A stretch of 64,000 bases of DNA from an uncultured Acidimicrobiales bacterium (GCA_963749745.1 CAVVNP010000007.1:11351-75350), one strand, 5' to 3'. Shown: positions 10,067-18,358, counted from the first letter of the stretch. Notes: a model not told the origin generated them from the sequence alone. Made by a program: numbers and translations.

Positions 10067-11200
10067 GTGAGCTCCGGCTCCGCCCCTTCCGGCAACGGCG
10101 ACCACGCCATCCGCCTGCTCGGCGTCACCAAGACCTTCCCGGGGTCGGCCGACCCGGCCGTCGCCCCGCTCGACCTCGACATCGACCGCGGCGAGGTCGT
10201 GGTGCTGATCGGGCCCTCGGGCTGCGGCAAGACCACCACGCTGCGGATGATCAACCGGCTGATCGAGCCGACGGGCGGCACGATCTTCATCGAGGGCGTC
10301 GACATCCGCGACCAACCCGTCACCGATCTGCGGCGGGGGATCGGCTACGTGATCCAGCAGGTCGGGCTGTTCCCGCACCGCACGATCGCCCAGAACATCG
10401 CCACCGTCCCCAAGCTGCTCGGTTGGGACAAGGAGCGCACCAGCCAACGGGTGGACGAGCTGACCGAGCTGGTGGGGCTGGAGCGCCAGATGCTGGACCG
10501 CTACCCGCCCGAGCTGTCGGGTGGCCAGCAGCAGCGTGTCGGGGTGGCGCGCGCCCTGGCCGCCGACCCGCCCGTCCTCCTCATGGACGAGCCGTTCGGC
10601 GCGGTGGACCCGATCGTGCGGGCGCGGCTGCAGGACGAGCTGGCGGCGCTCCAACAACGCGTCCACAAGACCATCGTCCTGGTCACCCACGACATCGACG
10701 AGGCGATCCGGCTGGGGGACCGGGTCGCGCTCATGAACGTGGGCGGCACCCTCGAGCAGTACGCCCCTCCGGACGAGATCCTGGCGCAGCCGGCCAACGA
10801 GTTCGTCGAGCGCTTCCTGGGTGCCGAGCGCAGCCTCAAGCGGTTGAGCCTGTCCACCGTCGCTGACCTGGACCTCCGGGACGACGCGACCGTTGCAGCC
10901 GGCGACTCGATCGAGATCGCGCACAAGGTGCTCGCCGGCAACGGATCATCCTGGGTCGGGGTCGTCGACGACGGTCGGTTCCTGGGCTGGGTCGCCGAGC
11001 GCGACCTCGATGGTTCGCGGCTGATGGGCGAGCAGGACGCGCAGCCGCCCGCCGCGGAGGTGTCGGCCGCTTCGTCGCTGCGCGAAGCGCTGGAGGTCAT
11101 CCTGAACTCCAAGACCTCCCGGGCGGTGGTGATCGACGATGACGACCGGTTCCTCGGGGTGGTCTCGCTCGAGGAGATCCGCGAGGGCCTCGTCCGGTGA
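10067..11200 (+). CDS. glycine betaine/choline-type ABC transporter ATP-binding protein with tandem CBS domains (OpuCA/ProV-like)
   Basis: GPSGCGKTT, LSGGQQQRVGVARAL and LLMDEPFGAVD, with a CBS-pair C-terminus. Confidence 0.9.
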   Translation: MSSGSAPSGNGDHAIRLLGVTKTFPGSADPAVAPLDLDIDRGEVVVLIGPSGCGKTTTLRMINRLIEPTGGTIFIEGVDIRDQPVTDLRRGIGYVIQQVGLFPHRTIAQNIATVPKLLGWDKERTSQRVDELTELVGLERQMLDRYPPELSGGQQQRVGVARALAADPPVLLMDEPFGAVDPIVRARLQDELAALQQRVHKTIVLVTHDIDEAIRLGDRVALMNVGGTLEQYAPPDEILAQPANEFVERFLGAERSLKRLSLSTVADLDLRDDATVAAGDSIEIAHKVLAGNGSSWVGVVDDGRFLGWVAERDLDGSRLMGEQDAQPPAAEVSAASSLREALEVILNSKTSRAVVIDDDDRFLGVVSLEEIREGLVR

Positions 11201-12006
11201 CGGCCACCACGATCCCGGCGCGCCGCTCCGCTCGACGGGGCTGGACCACCCGCCGGCGGATCACGCTCGGCGTGGTCACGACAGGTCTGGTGGCCTTCGC
11301 CATCTGGGCCAAGGTCCGCATCGACGGGCTGAGCACCGAGACGCAGGCGGCCAACCCGCTCATCCGCTGGGAGTGGCTGTTCAAACGGCCCGAGACACCG
11401 GGGGAGCTGCGGGCCATGACCCAGCAGCACCTGTGGCTCACCGTGACCCCGGTGGCCATCGGCCTGGTCATCTCGGCGCTGCTGTCCTTCCTGGCGATCC
11501 GCCGGCGGTGGACCCTCACCCCCATCAACGCCTTCACCGGGTTCCTGTACACGATCCCGAGCCTCGCCCTCTTCGGCCTGCTCACCAGCTACCTCTCCAA
11601 CTTCGAGGCGGCCGTGGTGGCGCTCACCAGCTACACGCTCCTCGTGCTGGTCCGCAACATCGTGGCCGGCGTCAGCGCCGTGCCCGCGCACGTGCTCGAC
11701 GCCGCCGACGGGCTCGGCATGGGGCGCACCCGCCGCCTGCTCACCGTCGAGGTGCCGCTCGCCCTGCCGGTGATCGTGGCCGGCATCCGAGTAGCCACGG
11801 TGACCACCGTCGGGCTGGTCGCCATCACCGCGGTGATCCAGCTCGGAGGGCTCGGCCGGCTGATCTTCGACGGCTACAACAGCACCGTCCTGTCCAAGAT
11901 GATGATCGGCACCATCCTCTCCATCGCCCTCGCCGTCGCGCTCGATCTGATGATCTACGTCATCGGCGCCCTGCTGACACCGTGGACGAGGCGGGTCCGG
12001 TCGTGA
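11197..12006 (+). CDS. osmoprotectant ABC transporter permease
   Basis: GTGA overlap with the upstream ATPase gene. Multi-TM BPD_transp_1-type protein (DAADGLGMGRTRRLLTVEVPLALPVIVAGIRVA). Confidence 0.85.
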   Translation: MTATTIPARRSARRGWTTRRRITLGVVTTGLVAFAIWAKVRIDGLSTETQAANPLIRWEWLFKRPETPGELRAMTQQHLWLTVTPVAIGLVISALLSFLAIRRRWTLTPINAFTGFLYTIPSLALFGLLTSYLSNFEAAVVALTSYTLLVLVRNIVAGVSAVPAHVLDAADGLGMGRTRRLLTVEVPLALPVIVAGIRVATVTTVGLVAITAVIQLGGLGRLIFDGYNSTVLSKMMIGTILSIALAVALDLMIYVIGALLTPWTRRVRS

Positions 12007-12108
12007 TGCCGGCCATCGTGATGTCCGCGTCCTCGGAGCCGAGCAACGTGATCGACTGGTTCCGAGACTCGTCCCGAGCGCGTCATAGAAGGTCCGATCC
12101 CCCAACAG

Positions 12109-12777
12109 GTGTGGACCACCATCTGGCACTCGGTCTTCGCCCTGCTCATCGCCGCCGCGCTCACGATCCCACTGGCGCTCCACCTGGCGCACCACCGCAA
12201 GGCGCAGCTCCTCAGCAACTGGGTGGCCGGCATCGGGCGGGCCGTTCCCACCGTCACCGTCGTGGCCCTGCTCGCCATCGTCTCGTTGCGAACGGGTTTC
12301 GGGTTCGAGCCGTGGCCGATCGTCATCGCCCTCGTCCTGCTGGCGCTGCCTCCGCTCTACACCAACACCTACGCGGCGGTGACCGGCGTGGATCCCGACA
12401 CCGTGAGCGCGGCCCGGGCCATGGGGTTCACCGAGCGTTCGATCATGGCCCGGGTCGAACTGCCGCTCGGCCTGCCGGTGATCCTGGCCGGCATCCGCAT
12501 CGCCCTGGTGCAGCTGCTGGCCACCGAGCCCCTCGGCGCGTTCTTCGGCGGGAGCGGGCTCGGCGTCTACCTGTACATCGGTCTCGAGAACCGCACGACC
12601 AAGATCACCGAGGTCCAGGCCGGCGCCATCATGGTGGCGGCCGTGGCCGTCGGTGCCGACCTGTTGCTGGCCAGCGTCCTGCGGCTGACCGGGTTCGGGC
12701 AGCCCCGCCGCCGCTCCGGCGCCGAGCCCCACGAGGTGGCCGAGCCGGTGCCGGTCCAGGACCTGGCGGCAGGGTGA
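12109..12777 (+). CDS. osmoprotectant ABC transporter permease (second subunit)
   Basis: AARAMGFTERSIMARVELPLGLPVILAGIRIA. A plausible N-terminal extension (GTG 12003: ...SNVIDWFRDS) sits in the adjacent frame, which suggests a +1 frameshift at ~12070. Confidence 0.8.
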   Translation: MWTTIWHSVFALLIAAALTIPLALHLAHHRKAQLLSNWVAGIGRAVPTVTVVALLAIVSLRTGFGFEPWPIVIALVLLALPPLYTNTYAAVTGVDPDTVSAARAMGFTERSIMARVELPLGLPVILAGIRIALVQLLATEPLGAFFGGSGLGVYLYIGLENRTTKITEVQAGAIMVAAVAVGADLLLASVLRLTGFGQPRRRSGAEPHEVAEPVPVQDLAAG

Positions 12778-12845
12778 TGGCGCGCCGGTCCCGTCCCTTC
12801 GACCATGATCTCCACACCAACCCCCCCAGGGAGGACGCACCAACC

Positions 12846-13805
12846 ATGAACCACCAACGACGAACCAGGACAGGGGTCCTCGCGCTCTTCGTGGCGCTCG
12901 GGCTCCTCATGGCCGCGTGCAGCAGCAGCGACACGACCGGCGGATCGAGCTCGGACTCGGGCTCGGGCTCCGGCGCCGCGCTGCGGATCGTGCCGGCCGA
13001 CTTCCCGGAGAACAAGACGTTGGTCGAGGTCTACGGCCAGTACCTGAAGGCCAAGGGCTACAAGGTCGACATCCAGCCGTCGGCCGGCCAGCGCGAGGAC
13101 CTCTACCCCAAGCTGGACAAGGGAGAGATCGACCTCCTGATCGACTACACGGGCAGCGCCACCTCGTACCTGGACAAGAACGCGACGCCGTCACCGGAGT
13201 CGCAGCAGACCTACGAGAACCTCAAGGCGGCGCTGGCGTCGTCCAACACACCGGCCGAAGCGCTGGCCTACGCCAAGAACGCCGAGGACAAGAACGCCTT
13301 GGTGGTGCTCAAGACCTTCGCCGAGAAGAACAACCTCAAGCAGATCTCGGACCTGAAGCCGATCGACGACCAGGTGGTGTTCGGCGGGTCGGCGCAGTGC
13401 CCCGACCGCGAGGACTGCCTCAAGGGGTATGAGGACCCGGCCAAGTACGGGCTCAAGTTCAAGGACTTCAAGGCGCTCGAGTACGGCCCGCCCTTGGCGG
13501 CGGCGTTGCAGAGCAACGATGTCCAGGCCGCCCAGTACCAGACCACGGCGCCCGAGATCGCCGAGGGCACCATCGTCGCGCTCGAGGACGACAAGGGCGT
13601 GCTGTCGGCCGACAACATCGTGCCCGTGCTGGCCACCAAGGCCGCCAAGTCGTTCGGCAGCAAGCTCACCCAGGACATCAACGCCCTCACCGCCAAGCTG
13701 ACCACCAAGGACATCACCGCCTGGAACAAGTCGACCGACATCGACAAGGAGGAGCCGGCCACCGTGGCCAAGAACTGGCTCCAGCAGCAGGGCCTGCTCG
13801 ACTAG
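12846..13805 (+). CDS. glycine betaine-type ABC substrate-binding lipoprotein
   Basis: Signal peptide with lipobox LLMAAC, a Ser/Gly linker and an OpuAC-like body. It lies directly downstream of the permeases. Confidence 0.85.
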   Translation: MNHQRRTRTGVLALFVALGLLMAACSSSDTTGGSSSDSGSGSGAALRIVPADFPENKTLVEVYGQYLKAKGYKVDIQPSAGQREDLYPKLDKGEIDLLIDYTGSATSYLDKNATPSPESQQTYENLKAALASSNTPAEALAYAKNAEDKNALVVLKTFAEKNNLKQISDLKPIDDQVVFGGSAQCPDREDCLKGYEDPAKYGLKFKDFKALEYGPPLAAALQSNDVQAAQYQTTAPEIAEGTIVALEDDKGVLSADNIVPVLATKAAKSFGSKLTQDINALTAKLTTKDITAWNKSTDIDKEEPATVAKNWLQQQGLLD

Positions 13806-13877
13806 CGGCACCCGGCCGGTCCCGTGCGGCGGGATGTCTCACGCCGACGTCCCGCCGCATCGGCCACACTGCACGGC

Positions 13878-14519
13878 ATGCGTGATCTGAGCGCCATACG
13901 TGAGCAGTACCAGCGCGCCGGCCTGTCCCGCGCCGACCTGACCGCCGACCCGATCACCCAGTTCGAGCAGTGGTACGACCAGTGGTCGGCGACCGATCCC
14001 TACGATGCCGCCGCCATGGTGGTGGCCACCGCCGACGACGCCGGACGTCCGTCGGCGCGGTACGTGCTGCTGCGCGCCGTCGACCAGCGGGGCTTCGTCT
14101 TCTACACGAACTACGACGGCGCCAAGGGTCGCCAGCTCGAGGCCAACCCCCGTGCCGCGCTCACCTTCGGGTGGATCGACCTCGAGCGCCAAGTGCGGGT
14201 CGAAGGGCACGTCGAGCAGGTCTCCGACCAGGAGTCCGATGCCTACTTCGGCGCCCGGCCCCGCCGGAGCCAACTGGCGGCGTGGGCCTCGCCGCAGAGC
14301 GAGGTGATCCCGGACCGGTCCCTGCTCGAACGGCGCTTCAGCGACCTCGAGGCGCGCTACGAGGACCAGGACGTGCCCCGTCCCGACCACTGGGGTGGCT
14401 ACCGGGTGGTGCCGGAGATGATCGAGTTCTGGCAGGGCCGACCCGACCGGCTGCACGACCGCTTCCGCTACCGCCACCAGGCCGGCGGCGGCTGGCTCCT
14501 CGAACGGCTGGGTCCGTAA
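13878..14519 (+). CDS. pdxH: pyridoxamine 5'-phosphate oxidase
   Basis: RYVLLRAVDQRGFVFYTNYDGAKGRQL, SQLAAWASPQS, HWGGYRV, IEFWQGRPDRLHDR. GTG 13824 is an alternative start. Confidence 0.9.
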   Translation: MRDLSAIREQYQRAGLSRADLTADPITQFEQWYDQWSATDPYDAAAMVVATADDAGRPSARYVLLRAVDQRGFVFYTNYDGAKGRQLEANPRAALTFGWIDLERQVRVEGHVEQVSDQESDAYFGARPRRSQLAAWASPQSEVIPDRSLLERRFSDLEARYEDQDVPRPDHWGGYRVVPEMIEFWQGRPDRLHDRFRYRHQAGGGWLLERLGP

Positions 14520-14525
14520 TTTTTC

Positions 14526-14756
14526 CCGGGCGGGGCCCCAACCCCGCCCTCCTCCGCTTGGACGGCGCATGAATTGCGCCGTCCGGCGGCTGTGCTTCTT
14601 GGCCGGGCGGGGCGCCGACTCCGCCCTCCTCCGCTTGGACGGCGCATGAATTGCGCCGTCCGGCGGCTGTGCTTCTTGGCCGGGCGGGGCACCGACTCCG
14701 CCCTCCTTCGCTTCGACGGCGCATGAATTGCGCCGTCCGCGGCTGTGACCCGGCCG
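14526..14756. repeat. three tandem copies of a 77-bp double-hairpin element (REP/MIRU-like)
   Basis: Unit starts at 14526, 14603 and 14680. Each unit holds hairpin 1 (GGGCGGGG...CCCCGCCC) and hairpin 2 (GGACGGCGCA-TGAAT-TGCGCCGTCC). Copies differ mainly in the hairpin-1 loop. Confidence 0.9.
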
Positions 14757-14763
14757 ATGTGGG

Positions 14764-15694
14764 TCAGACGTTGGGGAGGACGTCGGCGCCCAGCAGCTCG
14801 ATGTGGTCGAGGTCGTCGAGGTCCAGGACCTGGAGGTAGAGGCGTTCGGCGCCGACGGCGGCGAACTCGCCGATCCGGGCGGCGACCTCGTCGGGAGTGC
14901 CCGCCAGGCCGTTCTTCGCGGAGCTCCTCGGGATCCCGGCCGATCGCCGCCGCCCGACGTCTGATCTCGGCGTCGTCGCGGCCGCAGCAGACGACCTGGG
15001 CCACCGAGTAGACGAGCTCGGCGGGGTCGCGATCGGCGTCACGGCACGCGTGCCGCACCCGGTCGAAGGCCGCCTCGCTGTCGGACGTGGACGAGAAGGG
15101 CAGGTTGAACTCGTCGGCGAAGCGGGCGGCCAGGGCGGGGGTGCGCGTCGGTCCGCCGCCGCCGACCAGCACCGGCGGGTGCGGCTGCTGGACCGGTTTG
15201 GGCAGCGCCGGCGAATCGGTGAGCTGGTAGTGATCGCCGCCGAAGGAGAAGGTCTCGCCCGGGGGCGTGTCCCAGAGCCCGGTGATGATCGCGAGCTGCT
15301 CCTCGAGCCGGTCGAAGCGCTCGCCCAGCGGCGGGAACGGGATGCCGTAGGCGTCGTGCTCGTCGTCGAACCACCCGGTGCCGATCCCGAGCTCGACCCG
15401 ACCGCCGCTCATGGCGTCGACCTGGGCGACGGCGATGGCCAATGGACCGGGGAGTCGGAAGGTGGCCGCGGTGACCAGCGTCCCCAGGCGGATGGTCTCG
15501 GTGTCACGGGCCAGACCGGCGAGGGTGATCCAGGCGTCGGTCGGGCCGGGCCGGCCGTGGACGTCGCCCATCTTGAGGAAGTGGTCCGAGCGGAAGAAGG
15601 CGCTGAAGCCGGCCGACTCCGCGGTCCGGGCGGCGGCGAGCAACTGGTCGTAGCTGGCCCCCTGCTGGGGCTCGGTGAAGATGCGCAGGTCCAT
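14764..15694 (-). pseudogene. LLM class F420-dependent oxidoreductase, one +1 frameshift (~14920)
   Basis: MDLRIFTEPQQGASYDQLL...FFRSDHF...GRVELGIGTGWFDDEH... up to GRDPEELR, then in the next frame KNGLAGTPDEVAARIGEFAAVGAERLYLQVLDLDDLDHIELL. Confidence 0.85.
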
Positions 15695-15716
15695 GGATCC
15701 CGACTATGCCCTCTAC

Positions 15717-15786
15717 CCGGGCGGGGCCCCAACCCCGCCCTCCTCCGCCTGGGCGGCGCATGAAGTGCGCCGCCCGCGGCTGTGCC
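15717..15786. repeat. solo fourth copy of the 77-bp double-hairpin element
   Basis: Same orientation as the tandem copies. The first 32 nt are identical to copy 1. In hairpin 2 an A-T pair is replaced by G-C (GGGCGGCGCA...TGCGCCGCCC). Confidence 0.85.
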
Positions 15787-15794
15787 GTCCAGTT

Positions 15795-16652
15795 TCAGCC
15801 GGCGTCGGCGGGCTTGCGGCGCAGCAGGGTGACCAGGACGGCGAGGGCCAGGATCAGGCCGAGCACCAGTCCGAGTCGGACGGGGCCGAAGTCCTGCACC
15901 CACGCCTGGAGGTCCGAGGCCAGCGCGGTCGTCCGGTCGGCGACGCTGTTGGGGCTGAGGTCGCCGTTGTTGGTCTTGATCTCCGTCCAGGCGTAGTAGG
16001 CGACGTAGGCGCCGGTGAGCACGAGCAGACCGCCGGCGACCCGCTGCACGTAGCGCAGGCCCTGCTTCATGCGGTGCACCAGCCCGTCACGAGCCAGCGC
16101 CAGGGCGACGGTGACCACCATCAGGACGAGCGCCATGCCCAACGAGTAGGTGAGGAACACGGCGATGCCCGACAGCAGGTTCGTCCGCTCGAAGGTGTTG
16201 ACCACGTTGGCCAGGAAGATCGGCAGCGTGCAGCCGAGCGAGGCGATGGCGTAGGACACGCCGAACACGAACATGGAGCCGAGGCCCCTGCCCTTGGTGC
16301 CCTTCTCCAGCTTCGGCAGGCTGATCGTCGGCTCCCATCCGGCGAGCAGGGCGATGCCGAGCACCACCAGCAGCAGGCCGATGACGACGGTGACCCACGG
16401 CGCGTACCGGGTCAGCGACACCGAGAACCAGCTGAACAGGATCCCGGCCAGGCCGAACACCGCCATGAACCCGGCCGACACGACGCCGCCGACCCCGATG
16501 GCCCGCAGGGGCCCGGCCCGATCGGCCCGGTCGGTGGCGGCTTCCAGGCCCAGGAAGTACGAGAGGTAGGCGGGCAGCATGGCGAAGCCGCACGGGTTGA
16601 CGGTGGCCACCATCCCCGAGGCGAAGGCCAGGGCCAGGGGTGCGTCGATCAC
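15795..16652 (-). CDS. ccdA: cytochrome c biogenesis protein CcdA (DsbD-family thiol-disulfide transporter)
   Basis: VNPCGFAMLP and SLGCTLP motifs in a six-TM protein. GTGA overlap with the upstream redoxin gene. Confidence 0.9.
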   Translation of the reverse strand: MIDAPLALAFASGMVATVNPCGFAMLPAYLSYFLGLEAATDRADRAGPLRAIGVGGVVSAGFMAVFGLAGILFSWFSVSLTRYAPWVTVVIGLLLVVLGIALLAGWEPTISLPKLEKGTKGRGLGSMFVFGVSYAIASLGCTLPIFLANVVNTFERTNLLSGIAVFLTYSLGMALVLMVVTVALALARDGLVHRMKQGLRYVQRVAGGLLVLTGAYVAYYAWTEIKTNNGDLSPNSVADRTTALASDLQAWVQDFGPVRLGLVLGLILALAVLVTLLRRKPADAG

Positions 16653-17377
16653 GGTGCCGAGGTGGGAGCGGCCTCCGGGCCGCTCGACGGGGCCCCGGTC
16701 ACGGGAGCACCGAGGAGCTGGTGCGAGTCCAGGATGGCCCGTAGCTGATCAGGCTGGAGGGCACCGGTGCGGGCGTCGACGATCCGTCCCTGACGATCGA
16801 TCACCACCGTGGTGGGCAGACCCTGGCCGTCGAGGGCGCGCAGCACGTTGCCCTGCGGGTCGTAGCCCGTCTGGTACGTGACCCCGGTGCGCGAGACCAG
16901 ACCGCGACCGTCGGCCTTGGTGTCGGTCACGTCGATGCCGACGAAGGCGACCTGGTCCCCGAGTTGCTGGTGGAGCTGCTCGAGGCCGGGCATCTCCTTG
17001 ACGCACGGGGCGCAGGACGTCGAGAAGAAGTTGACGACGGTCGGGGTCCCGGCGAAGTCGGTCAGGCGAAAGCCGGTGCCGGCCAGCCCCTCGATCGGGT
17101 CGCCGGGCGGTGTCACCGGCGCCTTCGGATCGATGGGGGTGAGGCTGACCTCGCCCACCGGCGCGGAGTCGGTGTTGCCTCCGGTCGAGGTCGAGTCGTC
17201 GGTCACGAACGACGCCGTCAGGGCCGCCGCCAGCGCTGCCACCAAGGCGATGCACACGCAGATGGCGATGGTGCGGTTGTCCAGTCGGCGGTGCCGCCCG
17301 GGTGGCTCCGCCGGCGTCGCCGGCGGCTCCTCGTCCCTCGGATCATCGGAGGAGGAGGTGGGATCAGGCATGGGCAA
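16649..17377 (-). CDS. TlpA/ResA-family membrane-anchored thiol-disulfide oxidoreductase
   Basis: N-terminal TM anchor and a thioredoxin fold with CAPC (FFSTSCAPCVKE). ATG 17371 is an alternative start. Confidence 0.85.
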   Translation of the reverse strand: MPMPDPTSSSDDPRDEEPPATPAEPPGRHRRLDNRTIAICVCIALVAALAAALTASFVTDDSTSTGGNTDSAPVGEVSLTPIDPKAPVTPPGDPIEGLAGTGFRLTDFAGTPTVVNFFSTSCAPCVKEMPGLEQLHQQLGDQVAFVGIDVTDTKADGRGLVSRTGVTYQTGYDPQGNVLRALDGQGLPTTVVIDRQGRIVDARTGALQPDQLRAILDSHQLLGAPVTGAPSSGPEAAPTSAP

Positions 17378-17463
17378 AGGGGACGGGACGACCGCCGGTT
17401 GACGGGGAGCGACCGGGTTGAAACGGTACCGCCAACCCCCGCCGGTCGGCCATCAGGGACGGC

Positions 17464-17489
17464 GGGCCGGGCCTCGTCGGGCCCGGCCC
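17464..17489 (-). terminator. 10-bp GC hairpin 25 nt downstream of the whiB stop
   Basis: GGGCCGGGCC-TCGTCG-GGCCCGGCCC. No U tract follows, so it may be a factor-dependent or stabilising hairpin. Confidence 0.4.
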
Positions 17490-17513
17490 GCAGCCGCTGC
17501 TGGGAGCTGTCTC

Positions 17514-17870
17514 CTACGCGGTCCGGAGACCCGGGCGGAGGTGCTCGGGGATCGGGACGTCGGGGAGCTGGTCCTCGGCGCGGGGAACCTTGGGTGGGCG
17601 GCCCCGGCGCCGCTTGCTGGCCAGGATCTTCCCGTTCAGGAACATCTGGCCCCCCCAGACACCCCAGGGCTCGCGCCGGGCCAGCGCTCCCTCGAGGCAC
17701 TCGGCCAGGACGGGGCACTGCGCGCAGATGGCCTTGGCCCGGGCGATGTCCTGCAGCTCCTCGGAGAAGAACAGGCCGCTCATGGTGGCGGCGCTGTCGT
17801 TGCAGCGGGCGTCAGCCCACCAGCTCCGGTCTTCGGCGTCGAACTCGTCTGCCTCGTTGATGGCGAGCAT
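17514..17870 (-). CDS. whiB7: WhiB-family transcriptional regulator, WhiB7 type
   Basis: 118 aa with four Cys (C23, C49, C52, C58), REPWGVWGG and a C-terminal AT-hook KRRRGRPPK. EPW plus an AT-hook are the WhiB7 hallmarks. SD GGAAGGA lies 10 nt upstream of the ATG. Confidence 0.88.
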   Translation of the reverse strand: MLAINEADEFDAEDRSWWADARCNDSAATMSGLFFSEELQDIARAKAICAQCPVLAECLEGALARREPWGVWGGQMFLNGKILASKRRRGRPPKVPRAEDQLPDVPIPEHLRPGLRTA

Positions 17871-17949
17871 CGCAAGTGTCCTTCCGGGACATGGTTCGGG
17901 GAGTAGTAGGGGACTGGGACGGGGTGCAGGCGGAGCGGGAACCGCAGTG

Positions 17950-17986
17950 AAAAGCGAGAAAGGCCGCCGGGATCTCCCGGCGGCCT
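17950..17986 (-). terminator. intrinsic terminator in the whiB7 leader
   Basis: On the minus strand: AGGCCGCCGGG-AGAU-CCCGGCGGCCU followed by UUCUCGCUUUUC. It lies 30 nt after the small-ORF stop and 80 nt before the whiB ATG. Confidence 0.65.
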
Positions 17987-18045
17987 CAGTGGAGCGGATT
18001 CGCTTCGGCGGGTTGCCTAGAACGAAACCTCCTGAGGCCGGCGGG
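17976..18045 (-). promoter_or_regulatory. candidate antiterminator pairing (the small-ORF 3' end pairs with the terminator 5' arm)
   Basis: CCCGCCGGCCUCAG (18045..18032) is complementary in 13 of 14 positions to CUGAGGCCGCCGGG (17989..17976). This pairing is mutually exclusive with the terminator stem. Confidence 0.5.
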
Positions 18046-18187
18046 TGGTGGACGGATGGCCGATCACCGGCATCTGCCGCTCGGTCATGGCGACGCCCAC
18101 CTTGGCATCGGTCCAGCCGAAGCCGGCGAACGGGCCATACAGGCGTGAGGCGCCGGTGCAGTTGATCGTGAGCGTGGTGCTGGTCAT
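18017..18187 (-). CDS. 56-aa small ORF (leader peptide/uORF or small protein), no recognised family
   Basis: ATG preceded by GGAAGGAGG at a 5-nt spacing. About 90% G/C at third codon positions by my count. Peptide: MTSTTLTINCTGASRLYGPFAGFGWTDAKVGVAMTERQMPVIGHPSTTRRPQEVSF. Confidence 0.5.
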   Translation of the reverse strand: MTSTTLTINCTGASRLYGPFAGFGWTDAKVGVAMTERQMPVIGHPSTTRRPQEVSF

Positions 18188-18358
18188 CGGTGCCTCCTTC
18201 CTGCCGGGTGCGTTCGGGGTCCTGTGCTGCCGTTCGGCACAGACACGAAACCACCCTTTCGCCAGTGGCGTCAACCTCTTTTCCCGCCCGGTTCGACCGG
18301 AGCCTGTTCGGTCTGCTCCGTCGGACGTTCGGGAGGCGGTCTGTACGGTGAGCCGGGC

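Noticed and set aside
14526-14756. CRISPR array or integron attC sites as an explanation for the tandem repeats.
   Set aside because: The repeats are directly abutting with no unique spacers, and no cas genes are present. There is no RYYYAAC/GTTRRRY attC core and no integrase in the window.
14338-15903. ORFs reading through the 77-bp repeats (for example 14338..14724(-), 13839..14570(-), 15504..15761(-), 15409..15903(-)). They give repeated peptides such as MRRPSGGGRGWGPAR.
   Set aside because: The peptide repetition simply mirrors the DNA repeat. The sequences are Arg/Gly/Pro artefacts, lack ribosome-binding sites and overlap the real pdxH, LLM and ccdA genes.
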